A DNA stretch of 64,000 nt from Amoebidium appalachense (GCA_963693365.1 CAVNZM010000004.1:9824468-9888467); one strand, 5' to 3'. Counted from the first letter of the stretch, positions 1 to 28,482 are shown. Notes: generated by a model not told the origin, from the sequence alone. Program-made: numbers and translations.

Positions 1-36
1 TCTCTTGTATGTCGTATGTGGGCGATGGGGGTGTTT

Positions 37-67
<31 letters not shown>

Positions 68-517
68 GGAGGGGGGAAAGAGGGAAGGAAGTGGGGGGGG
101 GGGGGGGGGATGTGTTCGAAGATACACACAGGGGGGGTTGTGCAAAATGGGTGTCTTTTATATGTCTTACGTGAGCGGTGGGGGAGGGGGCGAGGGGGAG
201 GGGGGAGGGGGGAGGGGTGATTTGGGGAAAGATACGCTCAAAGGAGGTGCGTGCAAAACCGGTGTATGTTTACGTATGTGGGTGTGTGTGTTTGTGTGTT
301 TGTTGCTTGTGTGTGTGTGTGTGTTAGGTGTGGACTTTTGTGGTCGGGGGTTTTTTTGGTTTGGGGTGGTCATGGTAGCTTGTTATTTTTTTCTTGTTTA
401 TGAATACTGGCGCGTCTGTGTGTTATGCTCATTTAATTGGGCCATTTCTTTTCCTTTGTTCATTGTTTCTTTCTTTTCTTTTCTCTTTCTTTCTTTCTTT
501 CTTTTTTGTTTTTTTGT

Positions 518-553
<36 letters not shown>

Positions 554-770
554 CTTGTAGGTGGATGGTGGACATGTGTGTACGGGTAGAGTGAGTTGAT
601 GGGTGGGTGGTTGGGTGGTGGTGGTTTTTTGGGGGGGGGGGGCAAAGGGGGGAGGGAGGTTGTGGATATGGGCTGGTATGGTAAATGTAGGTCTGGGAGT
701 GTGACGGGTATGTGAGATGTATGCCCCCCCCCCACACACACACACACACACACCACAACCACAACCACCA

Positions 771-850
<80 letters not shown>

Positions 851-996
851 CCACCCTCCCTACTTAAACACACAAAAAGGCATTTAATGGAAAGTTAACC
901 GATTATTTAACATGAGTGCTTCGCCTTCAATATCTATGTTTACACAATCAACATCCCCCCCTCTCTCCCCTCCCCTCCCCCTCCCCCCCCCCCCAG

Positions 997-16272
<15,276 letters not shown>

Positions 16273-17367
16273 TCACGAGGTTGGATCGGTCATCGCGGGG
16301 GGAACAATGACACCAGGTGTCCTCAGTCTCCCCACACACCAGACTAAATTTAGTATGCAGACAGGGAACATGGAATGGCGTGAACGAGTGCAAAGGAAAA
16401 TATGCCTTTTTCTTTTTTCTTTTTTCTTTTTTCTTTTTTTCTTTTTCATTTTTTTTTTTGCTATTGTATGAATATTTGTACGAAATCGTCTGATGTGATT
16501 GCTCGGGATATATTAGGTATGAATCGTGAGTCAAATATACGCACGTTGCATCTAGCAACCAGCTATGTATGTTCTTGTCGCTCGATGCAGTATCAGAAAG
16601 TGATCCATGTTACGTGCACTTTTTTCAATACTCTTTCATACTCTTTTTTTTGAAGCTGTGATGATATCGATGTTAGGGTACAGGCTTCTATTACTACACA
16701 CAATTCATGCACATTACCAATTTGAAACTGAAGCACGTAGTATAAATTTATTGATGTACATATGCTCGGGATTTACACATCATGCTCCCACGCATTTGTA
16801 TTGAAAACTCCTTGTGCCCACCATGCAGATGCAGTGTTATGGTCTTCGATAGTTGGGCCCACTATACACTTGTAGTAACCAACCACCAGCCATGTTTATA
16901 AAAATATGTATGAATTCATTACACACGCACACATGGCCATCAAGTTGCAAACCCACCATGCACTCGCCAAGATCGCCATATACGGGCACATGTGCGAGCA
17001 CGTGTGCAAGCATGAAAAAGTCAATGCTCTAAGGCTTGCTATACACTTTAAACTTAGAAAGCGTAGCACATGGGAATTACTTTAACTTTCTCCAATAATT
17101 TGATTGTTTCCCTTAGCCCATACTCCGGTTCTTTCCACCGAACAACTCCCAGTGTAAGGGCTTATGTATAGTGGGGTTTACGCTGTTTACTCGAGGCAAA
17201 GAGAACCAGTCTCAGGTATGGGGGGGGGGGGTTTGCTCGGAATATCCCCTCAGCGGTATATCATGATCACGTACATAGATGTCGGGTGGTGACTATATAT
17301 CAGGGTTTACTTTCTCTACGAGACACCATAAAGACTACAAGGAGAAATCAATTAGTTGGGGTTCCCC

Positions 17368-17368
<1 letters not shown>

Positions 17369-17424
<56 letters not shown>

Positions 17425-17456
17425 GGGCTCCCCTCGGGACACTCGGTATCAGCTGG

Positions 17457-17507
<51 letters not shown>

Positions 17508-19361
17508 TGTGTGTGTGTGCGCGTGCGCTATAATTTTGTAGTGATGTGTTTCTCAAGCCAATCAATACATCTAATAAACAGGTCGTAGTTACGCGTGTTT
17601 AGTATAAAATCAAGGATGTTGTAATTTACAGGTAGGCTATCTTTCTGGGTGTCTGTTGTGAATGTGACGTGTGTGTGTTGCGGTATTATGTGGTCTATCA
17701 AACTACATTTGGCGATACATGACCGGTTAAACTGGTGTGTGTGTGTGTTGTTTGGGCATGCAAATGATGCCACCTTATACTTATTAGATCTCCACTGTAT
17801 AGCACGTGTACAGTAAAAGCGTGGTAATTGATCAATAATACCATCAGCTAGAGAAAGACCAGTTCTACAGGAAGGTAATATGTATTTAGGTGTTATACAC
17901 TTGCGAGTGCCATATTTGGCAATATGGTTGAGGCGGTCAGTATATATAAAACGAGACATAAGGCTTAGTTTTTCAAGGTGTATGCTTTCATCGGGTCTAG
18001 TGTCGTGTGGTATCTTTTTCCATTTGTTATATTGCGTGATTATCTTGTGATTGTGTACATGTTTAATAAGTAAGTGGCAGTCCAAAGTCACACACACACT
18101 ATTGCGGGGTTTATTTGTATTTGTGCCCAGGGGAGAAGGGGAGGAAAGAGGGGAGAGGTGAGGAGGGGACAGGTCGGATAGAGAAGAGAGGGTGGGAGGG
18201 CAAATACTTCTTTAAGCGGCTTATGTGCTTATTGAATTTCAGCGCGAGATAGGATACTCTAGCAGCTATTGGGACCAGACCATATATCGAGAGCGTTACA
18301 GGCCCAGGTTTACAACAGTTGTTAGATAGAAAGGAGGCAACTTCTGCTTCAAGGAAATTTGCCAAGGGTTTAAGCGCTCTAGTTCTCTCTTTCTTGATCC
18401 AAGCGGCGAGAAGGGGTAAACCATATTCACATGCCGGGAAGACAAAAGTGCGAATAAATGTAAGTCTAATAGAAGGATGGAGGGGTGTGTCTTTAAAAAT
18501 ATTAGCCGAGAAGAAAGCTAACCGCTTACGAGCCAACTCTACCCTCTTTTCGACCATATGGGGAAACATAACACCAACAGAATCAACCGGAACACCAAGA
18601 TATTTGTATTCTGGAACTATAGGTACAGGTTTAGATGATAATGTAAATGTGTGTAAATTGTTAGCTATATCAGGTACAAGAACACCACATTTGTCTATGT
18701 TAAGGATCATAAGGTTTGCCTTGCACCACTCTGACACTACATCGAACAATCTTTGCAGGCGTCTAGGGGTACGGGCAAGGAGGGACAGATCATCAGCATA
18801 GAGAAGTGCAGGCGGAAAGTTATTAATAGGGTCATCGTTTTCGGCGTAAATCTTGACAGCCAAATCATCTATAAATAGGTTAAACAAAAAGGGGCTAAGC
18901 AATGAACCCTGCAAGAGACCTCTAGTACGAGCAAAACCATATGAAAGATGCCCATTAACCACAGCTCTACCATAGGTTTGAGACAAGAGTGCTTCTAACA
19001 GAACACCAATGCAGTGTGGTACACCCCGTGCAGCAAGCTTTTCCCATAGGAGACCAGGGGAGACAGAATCGTAAGCAGTTTTCCAATCAATAAAGCCAAC
19101 ATATTGTGCACCAACTTGCATAGAATCGTGCAGTGCCATTATTTGAACATAACATGAATTGTTTTTACGAAAAGCGGATTGGCATGGGTGTATGTGAAGA
19201 ATAGATTGAAACCTAGGGTGATGTGCAAATAACCTAAGTAAGCAAGCTTCAAAGAATCTACGAACAACCTGGGTTAGTGTAATGTATAGTGTCCGCGTTT
19301 GTATAGGGCTGGCCCGTGCTGGAAATCCGACTGGACTTGCCGGTGACTCTGAGGTATAAGG
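17369..19361 (-). mobile_element. Non-LTR retrotransposon (LINE-like), lacking a recognisable endonuclease, with poly(A) tail
   Basis: RT ORF, Cys/His-containing C-terminal region, short 3' UTR and a 52-nt T run on + (17369-17420), i.e. a poly(A) tail. No clear target-site duplication found, so the 5' boundary is approximate. Confidence 0.85.
17528..19283 (-). CDS. Non-LTR reverse transcriptase with C-terminal zinc-knuckle-like region, split into two frames near 18100-18200
   Basis: Motifs ITLTQVVRRFFE, QSAFRKNNSC, FIDWKTAYDSV, GLLQGSLLSPFLFNLFIDDL, LYADD, LNIDKC, YKYLGV in 18111-19283. The second ORF 17528-18097 (WR..ACPNN..FNRSC..KC, YNILDFILN) looks like the usual post-RT C-terminus. Confidence 0.88.
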
Positions 19362-20342
19362 TCACGTAAGGGATGGCTTCTTTGATACTCGCATGTTACG
19401 TAATACACGGGCAATATTACAATAGTCACGTGTATTTTCGCACAACTCAGGCGCCTGTACATTGTATGGGCATTGCCATGTAACTCTTATAGCATTTTTG
19501 TTGTGTGCACGTATAGAACATCCAAAGAATTGAAGATGCAAGCTCAGATTGTGGCTTATGGGGAGGCCTTGGTGGAATACGCGCCAAAGGTTGGCCCGCT
19601 GGTGGCGCCAGAGCAGACAGCGATAGAGGTGTGTGCGTGTGTGTGTGTGTGTACATGTGTTGTGAAGCTTCCCAAGGTTGTACCTGTTCAAGCTGCGTGT
19701 GCGTGTCGCTTCTTTTTGTGAGCCTGTAATTATGTGCGGGTGGGTGTATTGCGTGCAGCTGTGCGCGTCTGTGCTTGTAAACGGTACCTGCAAACGTACG
19801 TGTGTGTTTCTCGCTCGTATTAAAGTGAACGCGCGTGCTCCGCTTCATGTGCATGTTAGAAGGGATGTGTGTGTGTGTGTGTGTACGGCTGATGTGTGTG
19901 TGTGTGTACGGCTGCACAAACATGGGGAGTTTATGTGTAACGGAATCCTTTTTTTTTTCCTGTGTAAACAGGCCCGGCGTGTTTTGGTTTACATACACTC
20001 TCGGGTTCTGGCAACCAGGTTGTAGTGTCACTAAGGCCTACATGTGGCACATCATTCTTCTCCACCCCCCATTTGGGCCCCCCCCTCCTCCTCTCCTCCC
20101 CTCCCATCCCCCCTCTCCCTCACTAGCCCCACCCCACCCCCTCCCCCCACCCCCTCCCCCCTGCTCCCGCCCTGCCCCCTCACACTCACCTCTCTCCTTG
20201 CCTCTCGGGGAAATCTAAACCCTCTTTAAACTTCTGTGTTGGCGCTCTCATTTCTTTTCTGCTTGGCAAGGGACACGTGGCCACAACCCAATCCGTCGGC
20301 CACATGGATACACACACACATACATACACACACACACACATA

Positions 20343-20413
<71 letters not shown>

Positions 20414-20424
20414 TGCTCGCGCGG

Positions 20425-20466
<42 letters not shown>

Positions 20467-20597
20467 CACGTACGTATACCCATGCACCCACGCAAACACA
20501 CATACAGTCCCCCCCTCCCCCCCCGCGGCACGATCACTAATCCCCCTACCACGCACACCCACCTACACATATGATACATACTCCCTCAAGTTTGATT

Positions 20598-20831
20598 ATG
20601 GCACGCCCTCTTTATTGTACTCCTACACGTGTGGTACTGCTTAAAGCGGCGTCCCTAGCCTCTTCCACACATCACGTTTTATGCAAAACACCTTCTTACC
20701 CCCACCCCTACAGACTCTACTTAGTTCAGAACAGCTTCAAGCAGTGGCTACGGCAACCAAAAAGGTTCCTTCCCCCCCCCTCCCCCGCTCCCCCCCCCCC
20801 CCCCCCGCCCCCCCCCAACACACACACACAC

Positions 20832-20897
<66 letters not shown>

Positions 20898-21527
20898 CAC
20901 ACACAGACACACACACACACACACACACACACACAACCACCATCACCACCACCAGCGCCAGCACTCCCCCACCCCCCCCACCCCCCCCACCACTCTCTGT
21001 TCCCCTCCTAAACACACACGTCCACCACCAAATCTCCGAAACTCCTTCTCGAACTTAACTTTTTTGTTACTAGCTCATCCTCACCTACCCCGCCTCTCCT
21101 CTCCAAATGTTTATGCATATGCGGCGTCCGTGTGCGGTGTGCGTGTGCTCGTACTGCCACCTGTACCGTTTGCCTATGAGCACATCCATAGTTTTATTAG
21201 TAGTATGTTGCTCCATGTCTCATTTTCTTTCTTTTTTTTTTTTTTTTTTTTTTTTTTCCTCCTTATTGCAGGTGCCGAAATGCAGTGTTTGTGGTGCAAA
21301 GGGAGATGACCTGCACCTATCAGTTAGGTGGACGGTGGATGTGGATGCAAGGGGATTGGTCTACGGCGGGGCACAGGTGAGTGTGTGATGGAATGGTACA
21401 GAAACCATTAGATTTTTAAATGCTATCATGGATTAGATGTGGCAACTGCGCCCTCAACTCTCCCACCTCACATTTGTCCGTTTCCTTACACACATACAGG
21501 CATGCACAGGAACACACACACACACGA

Positions 21528-21591
<64 letters not shown>

Positions 21592-22008
21592 TGGAAACCG
21601 CACTCACGTTCACACACACACAGCCGCGTTTCGGGCATGTAAACACACACATGCAGGCCCGTCACGGGCACACACTTACGTGCATACACGTACCTACGCC
21701 TCTCTTACTCGAGGGCTGACATTTGTGTACACACACGGGCACACACACGTGACGATACACAAACATCTTTGCATGGGTGAACATGTACAGGGAGAGATAT
21801 ACCTGTGTGTACACATTAGCACTGGGGCATATAGAAAAAATGCACACATACACAAAATCCACTCATATTCTCAACTCGACCCATTTCCTAGTATAATGGT
21901 ATGGGTGTAGCGCTAACATTTGGTTGACCGTGTATCCTCCCCCCCCTCCCCCCCCCCCCCCCCCCCCCCCAACACACACACACACACATGCACACACACA
22001 AAATGCAC

Positions 22009-22051
<43 letters not shown>

Positions 22052-22468
22052 CACACACACGCACGCACACACACACGCACACGCACACACACAGGCGCTC
22101 TGCCCGTTCTGCCACACCCTCACACATCTGGCCAGGGGCATGAGTCTGTTTTCCACATCCGTCATGTCTGATGAGGTACATTTTCTGATGAACTAGGGTG
22201 ATAGATCGGTTCTTTCGAAGATCTTGTGTTCGTTTCTTGCTTGTTTTTGGTGTGTGGATAGGGCATTCCGGGGGAGGGGGGTGGGGGGGTGGGGGGGTGG
22301 GGGGAGGAGGAGGGGAGTTTCAAGTAGTGATGATTGCATGCATGTGATTTGTTATATTTTCATTTATTTATTTATTTATTTATTTTTGGGGGGGGGGGGG
22401 GGGGGGGAGGGGAAGGGCGGGGGGAGGGAGGGAGGGAACTGGAGGGAATAGAGAATTTTTTGGTGGTC

Positions 22469-22520
<52 letters not shown>

Positions 22521-22525
22521 CACGC

Positions 22526-22598
<73 letters not shown>

Positions 22599-22607
22599 GC
22601 ATGCGCA

Positions 22608-22640
<33 letters not shown>

Positions 22641-23127
22641 GTGTGTGTGTGTGCGTGTGCGTGTGTGTTTGCGAGGGCGTGTGTGTTTGCGAGGGCGTGT
22701 GCGCGTGCGTGTGTTGGGGAGGTGGGGAGGGGAGGGGAGGAGGTATGTGTGTTTCCACGGAGGCTTATGTCATCCGCACATATCAATCCATACGCTTGTG
22801 TGGTTATGGAGATTATGCGCCCCAACACAAAGTCAACACCTTTCTCTCTTTGAGCGCACACACATATCTCCCTATACTCATGGCATTTTTTTACCCTTTC
22901 GTCCAATCAGGCGCAGCTATTTGCCAGCCATTTCCTTTCAGCCAATGGGCACGGGGGTGGGCCCACTGCTGCAGGACTGAGTGTGGTGGCTGAGTGCTAT
23001 GCCGTGGCATATGCCCTGCATACAACTATCAGGTGCAAAACGCAAAACCTTCCCTCGCCTTTCCCCTCCCCTCTCTCGTCTCTCTCTCTCTCCCTCTCTC
23101 TCTCTCTCTCCTCTCTCTCTCCTCCCT

Positions 23128-23160
<33 letters not shown>

Positions 23161-23180
23161 CTCCCCCTCTCCCTCTCCCT

Positions 23181-23245
<65 letters not shown>

Positions 23246-23411
23246 CCTCTCTCTCTCTCTTTCTCTCAAGTCTTTCTCTCCCCCCTCTCCCTCTCTTCCC
23301 CTCTCTCTCGCTCTTCCCCCCCCCCCCCCCCCCCCCCCGCCCCCCCCCCTCTCTCTCTTTCTCTCACTCTTTCTCTCTCCCCCTCTCCCTCTCTTCCTCT
23401 CTCCCACTCTT

Positions 23412-23444
<33 letters not shown>

Positions 23445-23461
23445 CCCGGCTCCTCTCTTTC

Positions 23462-23495
<34 letters not shown>

Positions 23496-23600
23496 ACCCC
23501 CCCCCCCCTTTCTCCCTCTCCCCCCCCCCCCCCCCTCTCTGCCCCTCTCTTTCTCCCCCCCCCCTCTCTCCCCCTCCCCCCTCTCTCTCGCTCTCTCGCT

Positions 23601-23632
<32 letters not shown>

Positions 23633-24228
23633 ACTACCATCAGCACCACCGCCATGAAAGAGGAGAGGGAGAGGGGCAGAAGGGGTTTGAGACGGAAAGA
23701 TGGCGGTTGAAGAGGGGGATAGCGGAGATGGGAGGTGAGGTGAGGCAAGGGAGGGAGAGAGGGAGAAAGAGAGAGAGAGGGGGGTGGGGTAGGGTGTAAG
23801 GGGGGAGGGGGGGGGAAGAGAGAGAGAGAGAATTCAGGTAGGGAGGAGGACGGTGCCACACACATTCACACACACACACACTCCACATTCCTTTTAGATC
23901 TATACACCCACATCTACCACTACATACTGACAAACAAATATTCCCGATAAGCAACGCCAAAATAGTCGACACCCCCTTGTCATGTTACACCATTATGTGC
24001 ATGCACAACATTCTAACCTGCACGTGTGCTTTCAGGCGGCAGCCATTCAAATTGCTGCAGCAAGACGGGGGGATTCTTGATGCCGACACACTCCAAACAC
24101 TTGTATCAAAGGATTTGTCGTCGTTTTCGGCACCAAAAACCCCCGCAAAAGCAGCAAAAGCTACGGAGACACCCAAAGCCAAAAAAACAACTGGGAAGAA
24201 GACAAAGACCCCGGCTAGAGGCCTATAG
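20598..24228 (+). CDS. HNH-endonuclease-like (CxxC...LCxxCHxxxH) zinc-binding protein with Lys/Ala/Thr/Pro-rich C-terminal tail, ~195 aa
   Basis: In-frame exons 20598-20633 (start uncertain), 20714-20764, 21272-21376, 22095-22175, 22911-23032, 24036-24228 (TAG). Product: [76 protein letters not shown]. Confidence 0.65.
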
Positions 24229-25497
24229 ACTAGTCTTGTTAAATTTTTAAATTTGATACATGTTTATTACACTGTGGTTAACTTCTAGGTGTGCACGTGT
24301 GTTCGCACTTACTGAGTGTTGTCGTGTGCATGTGTCAGTTATCATGACTTGTCATTCCCTTCCTTATAACGTCACTACGGTAGAGACACGGACGGTCTTA
24401 CTGTCACGTTCGGAGCCCCCCCCTCCGCCTTCTTTGCGTGTGTGTGCGTGCGTGCGTGCGTGCGTGCGTACATGCGTACATGCGTGCGTGCGCATTCGTG
24501 CGTGCGCGAATTTCGTGTGTGCGTCCGTGCGTGTGTTACCATTCCATTACCTGTGCGAGCTTCTATTAAGTTTAAAAGAAATATCGCCACCATCACATGC
24601 ACGCAGATATAATTATATTCCAGGTGTCAAGCTGTTGGCAGGTCCAACTTCGACAAAAACCGGTATATAACTGGTGAGGATAAAACACGAAAAAAAAATT
24701 GCAGCAGGCCTGTATGCATGCGTTGCCTCGGCTGCAGTACATACAATACAGGTCTGACCCATATGCATATGGTAACGGGTCTGATCTACTATGTACACCT
24801 AATGATACCAATAGGATGCATGATCACGTGCATTCTATTTCCGTGGTTGGCTCTAATATTTTCAGTGCATTGCAAGCGCCAACTTGGATGTCCGCAAGCT
24901 CGTATCATTTTGTAGTACATACATTTGATATTCATTCGGGCAATATGTGCTGCCCAGATGTTTCCAAACCTTTCTTGTGCACGTGTACATGTACACTGAC
25001 CGTGCACAACGCTGAACCCTTACGCAAGGGTTCATGTACAGACGTGCATGCACATGTACCCATGCACATGTACACATGCACATGTACACATGCACATGTC
25101 GCGACGCGTGTATACACACACATGTACATACGTACACTCCACCCACCCGATGGCCACTGCTGTGTGCACGCGCTAGCTTGCGCTTTGGCTAGATCTAGAA
25201 TCAGGGCCAGCCAAGTGCACCACAAGCAACAAGTACAGCCGTTTGCTTGCATTACATAGTGGTTAATAAGCCCAGATATCGATGGATTATTTATGTAGCG
25301 AAATACTACACACTCCATCATATATCTCACTGCGCAAATATTTCGTGCGGTGGACATGGCCAATCAGTAGGATCAATTCTATATATTGTGCTGAAGTTTG
25401 TTATCTAGATCTGCAGGCCACCTGGGCTGCAACTGGCAAATTTGATGACACACATATATGATCAGCGAAAAAATGACCTTGTAAACCACACCATAAT

Positions 25498-25533
<36 letters not shown>

Positions 25534-25895
25534 ACAAAAAAAAAAAAAAAAAAAAAAAAGTGGGAATATGGCTAAACCATGTATACGATTGCCGAAGTCA
25601 TTCAGAAGATTGCTCTTCACCAACGGGGCAGTTCTTGCCTGTTTTTGTGTACATACAAAACATGGTATTCACCTTTACAAGTTCGAACGGCTCCCTACAC
25701 AAGAGTGCAAAATATGTGAGTGTTGAAGTACGTCAGCCCATTGTTTTACGTACCAGCCAGGGTACCGCCTAATCTTGAATATCATCCCGCCCCCCTCCCC
25801 CCAAACCATCAAAAAATAGAACTATTAAAACACATTAAATAAATAAAATACAATTTATAATACAATAAAACAATAACCCCCTCCCCCACAACCCA

Positions 25896-26440
25896 CTACT
25901 GCACCTTGCTAACCAGATAGGTTGCCATGGCCATGATCCCAGCATACAGCTCCCTGCCTGCCGGGATGATCTGCTCTGGAGGCAGCACAAAGCCCAATGG
26001 GTCCCCGTTTTTAGGTCTTAACTCAAGCGTGTAGACCAATCCCTTCCCTCCGTCAAAAGGGCCAGTCACCACCTTGTCGTAGAGATAATCGTCGGCACAG
26101 CCCGAGCATGCAGCAATCTCGGCCGACACGGCTAGTCCATATTCCGCCCTGGTTAGTGGGTAGAGTGTTAGATGGTGTGGTGGTTAGGGTGTTGGTGTTG
26201 TGCTTAGTGGGTGGTGGTAGGCAAGGAACATGCGAGACTCCAAGAAGTGGCTGTTGACAGTTGGGATGGGTTTGAGGGGTCCAGTACATTACAGTATTAA
26301 GGTCCGTACGTAAGATTTTTCCCATTCAATAATACTATTTCTTTCTCTCTTTCTTTCTCTCTTTCTTTTTTTTTTTTTTCCTTTTTTCTTTTTTCTTTTT
26401 TTTTTTTGGTGGTGGTGGTGGTGGTGGTGGTGGTGGTGGT

Positions 26441-26473
<33 letters not shown>

Positions 26474-27909
26474 TGTATGTGTTAGAGGGTTGGAAATTTG
26501 GAAAACAACAAAGAGCAACAACGAAACGTCACAAACGTGGGAAATCCAAAATCAATCAATTAAGCGTGCAGGCAGAAGACACTTCAACAGAGCCCATCAT
26601 CAGGGGGGTTCCTATGCCTCCACAAAAGCATGGGTTTCGACTCTTTAACCTCTAGAGGACCGGACTAATTGAATCTACCGGCTGCCGGTTGGGACCTAAA
26701 CAACTCTATTGCCGCTCAAAATCACTATAAAAACCCCAAATAAATTGCAAATATCGACAGGTATGTGTCTTACCTACATATGCTTCTAAGCTGGTTTGGG
26801 CAAAATAACATTATTTCGTATACTTTTGTAACTGTTTCTGAAGCCACCCTCGAGATTTTGGAGAAAAGTTGGAGCTGACATCATATGTCGACAGAGCCGA
26901 CCAATCATATTTTGCCATTTCATATTGGTCCAATCACAAGTTGGCATTGACAGCATTTGGATGTCGTCAAGCCGGCAAGCACCCTTCGTAGTTGCACCAT
27001 ATACAAAGTGTCGTTATTAGAATAAAGTTCAATGTTTTTTTTTGCATAATACGAAAGAAAACAGTATATTTTACTTTCGTGCAGCTTTAATTCGACTGGT
27101 TCTTATCAACTTCATGCACACATTAGGGCACAAACTTGCTGATGCCGGTTCCGGCTAACTCGATGTCGATCTCGTGAGATTTACGGAACTGAACGGGTTA
27201 ACCTCTCGCGCGTGGTTCCCAACCCATACTTTGTTTCAACAGCAATAGGCGAGTCCACCCTTCTTGGCCAACGACGAGCAGGGTTGTTCAAGGAGCAGTA
27301 GGAGGATACATGGAAAGATGATGCACATGGTGTGTTCTGGCAGTATTCTATATCACTGCCCAGCGCCCCATTTGTCGTGACCTCCGAGATTGTTAACATT
27401 TTACTTTCTTAGTCTTTCGGGGTGCTTTTTTTTTTAGCGCTTTGCATGGAAAATTGCTTGGGATGGACAGCTGACGTTGTAAGAGTAGGGAAATGCATTT
27501 CAGGAATGAGGGGGTGTCCAAAAAACACTCACCCAGAGGCATTTTTCATGGCCGCCTGCATAAGGTGACCCGCCTCCAGATGGTTTTCGAGGTTCGGAGG
27601 AGGTGGGGCTGTCATGGAATAGCCATAGGGATAGAAGATAGTCTGGGAATAGCTGTGCACGTCAAGGGCCCCAATCACGTTGTGGCGCTGACGTAAATCT
27701 GCGCAGGTGCAAAATTTGGTTAAATTGGGAGATTCATATCGTGAAATAGGGCTTGGCAACAAAAGAAGATAAAGAGTTGGTGGGGGGAAGTTAACACACA
27801 CAAAGAAAAAGAAAATCACTGTCATGAAAGTGAGAAGTGAAATCCTGTGAAATTGGGAATGAAAGGTGATTGTAAGGTGGTTTGCGCAATGAGGAATTGT
27901 AGTACGGTG

Positions 27910-27989
<80 letters not shown>

Positions 27990-28482
27990 GACAAGACAAA
28001 CACAATGTGCATGAAGTATCAGCAGACACCATTCTCAAGGGAGAGGCCCAATACACAATAAGGGGGGGAGGGGGGGGGGGGGGGGGGTTTGTATGTGTCA
28101 GAGGGTTGGAAATATGTAGGAGACAACAAAGAGCAACAACAAAACGGAGAGGGTTAGAAATACGGAGGAGACAACAAAGAGCAACAACAAAACGGCACAA
28201 AAGTGGGAAGCCCAAAATCAAGCAATTTAAGCGTGCAGGCAGAAGACACTTGAACAGAACCCATCATCAGGGGGGTTGGGGGGGATTTTTTTTTTGGGGG
28301 GGGGGGGGGGGGAGGGGGGGGGGGCAGTACTCTTGAGATAAGTGACGACGGCATGGACCTCGGGCTCGCTGTATGGTTCCTCTCCAGAGTAGGTGGAGCT
28401 GCACATGGCTGCAGATTCATTAATGTCAGAATCATCGTAAGTGTCCTATTCCATCGACCATCACTCACAGAAACACACACAG

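Noticed and set aside
18319-18801. 160-aa plus-strand ORF
   Set aside because: Antisense to the RT core, with no independent features.
27181-27399. 72-aa minus-strand ORF in a carboxypeptidase intron
   Set aside because: No recognisable motif; probably part of a decayed insertion.
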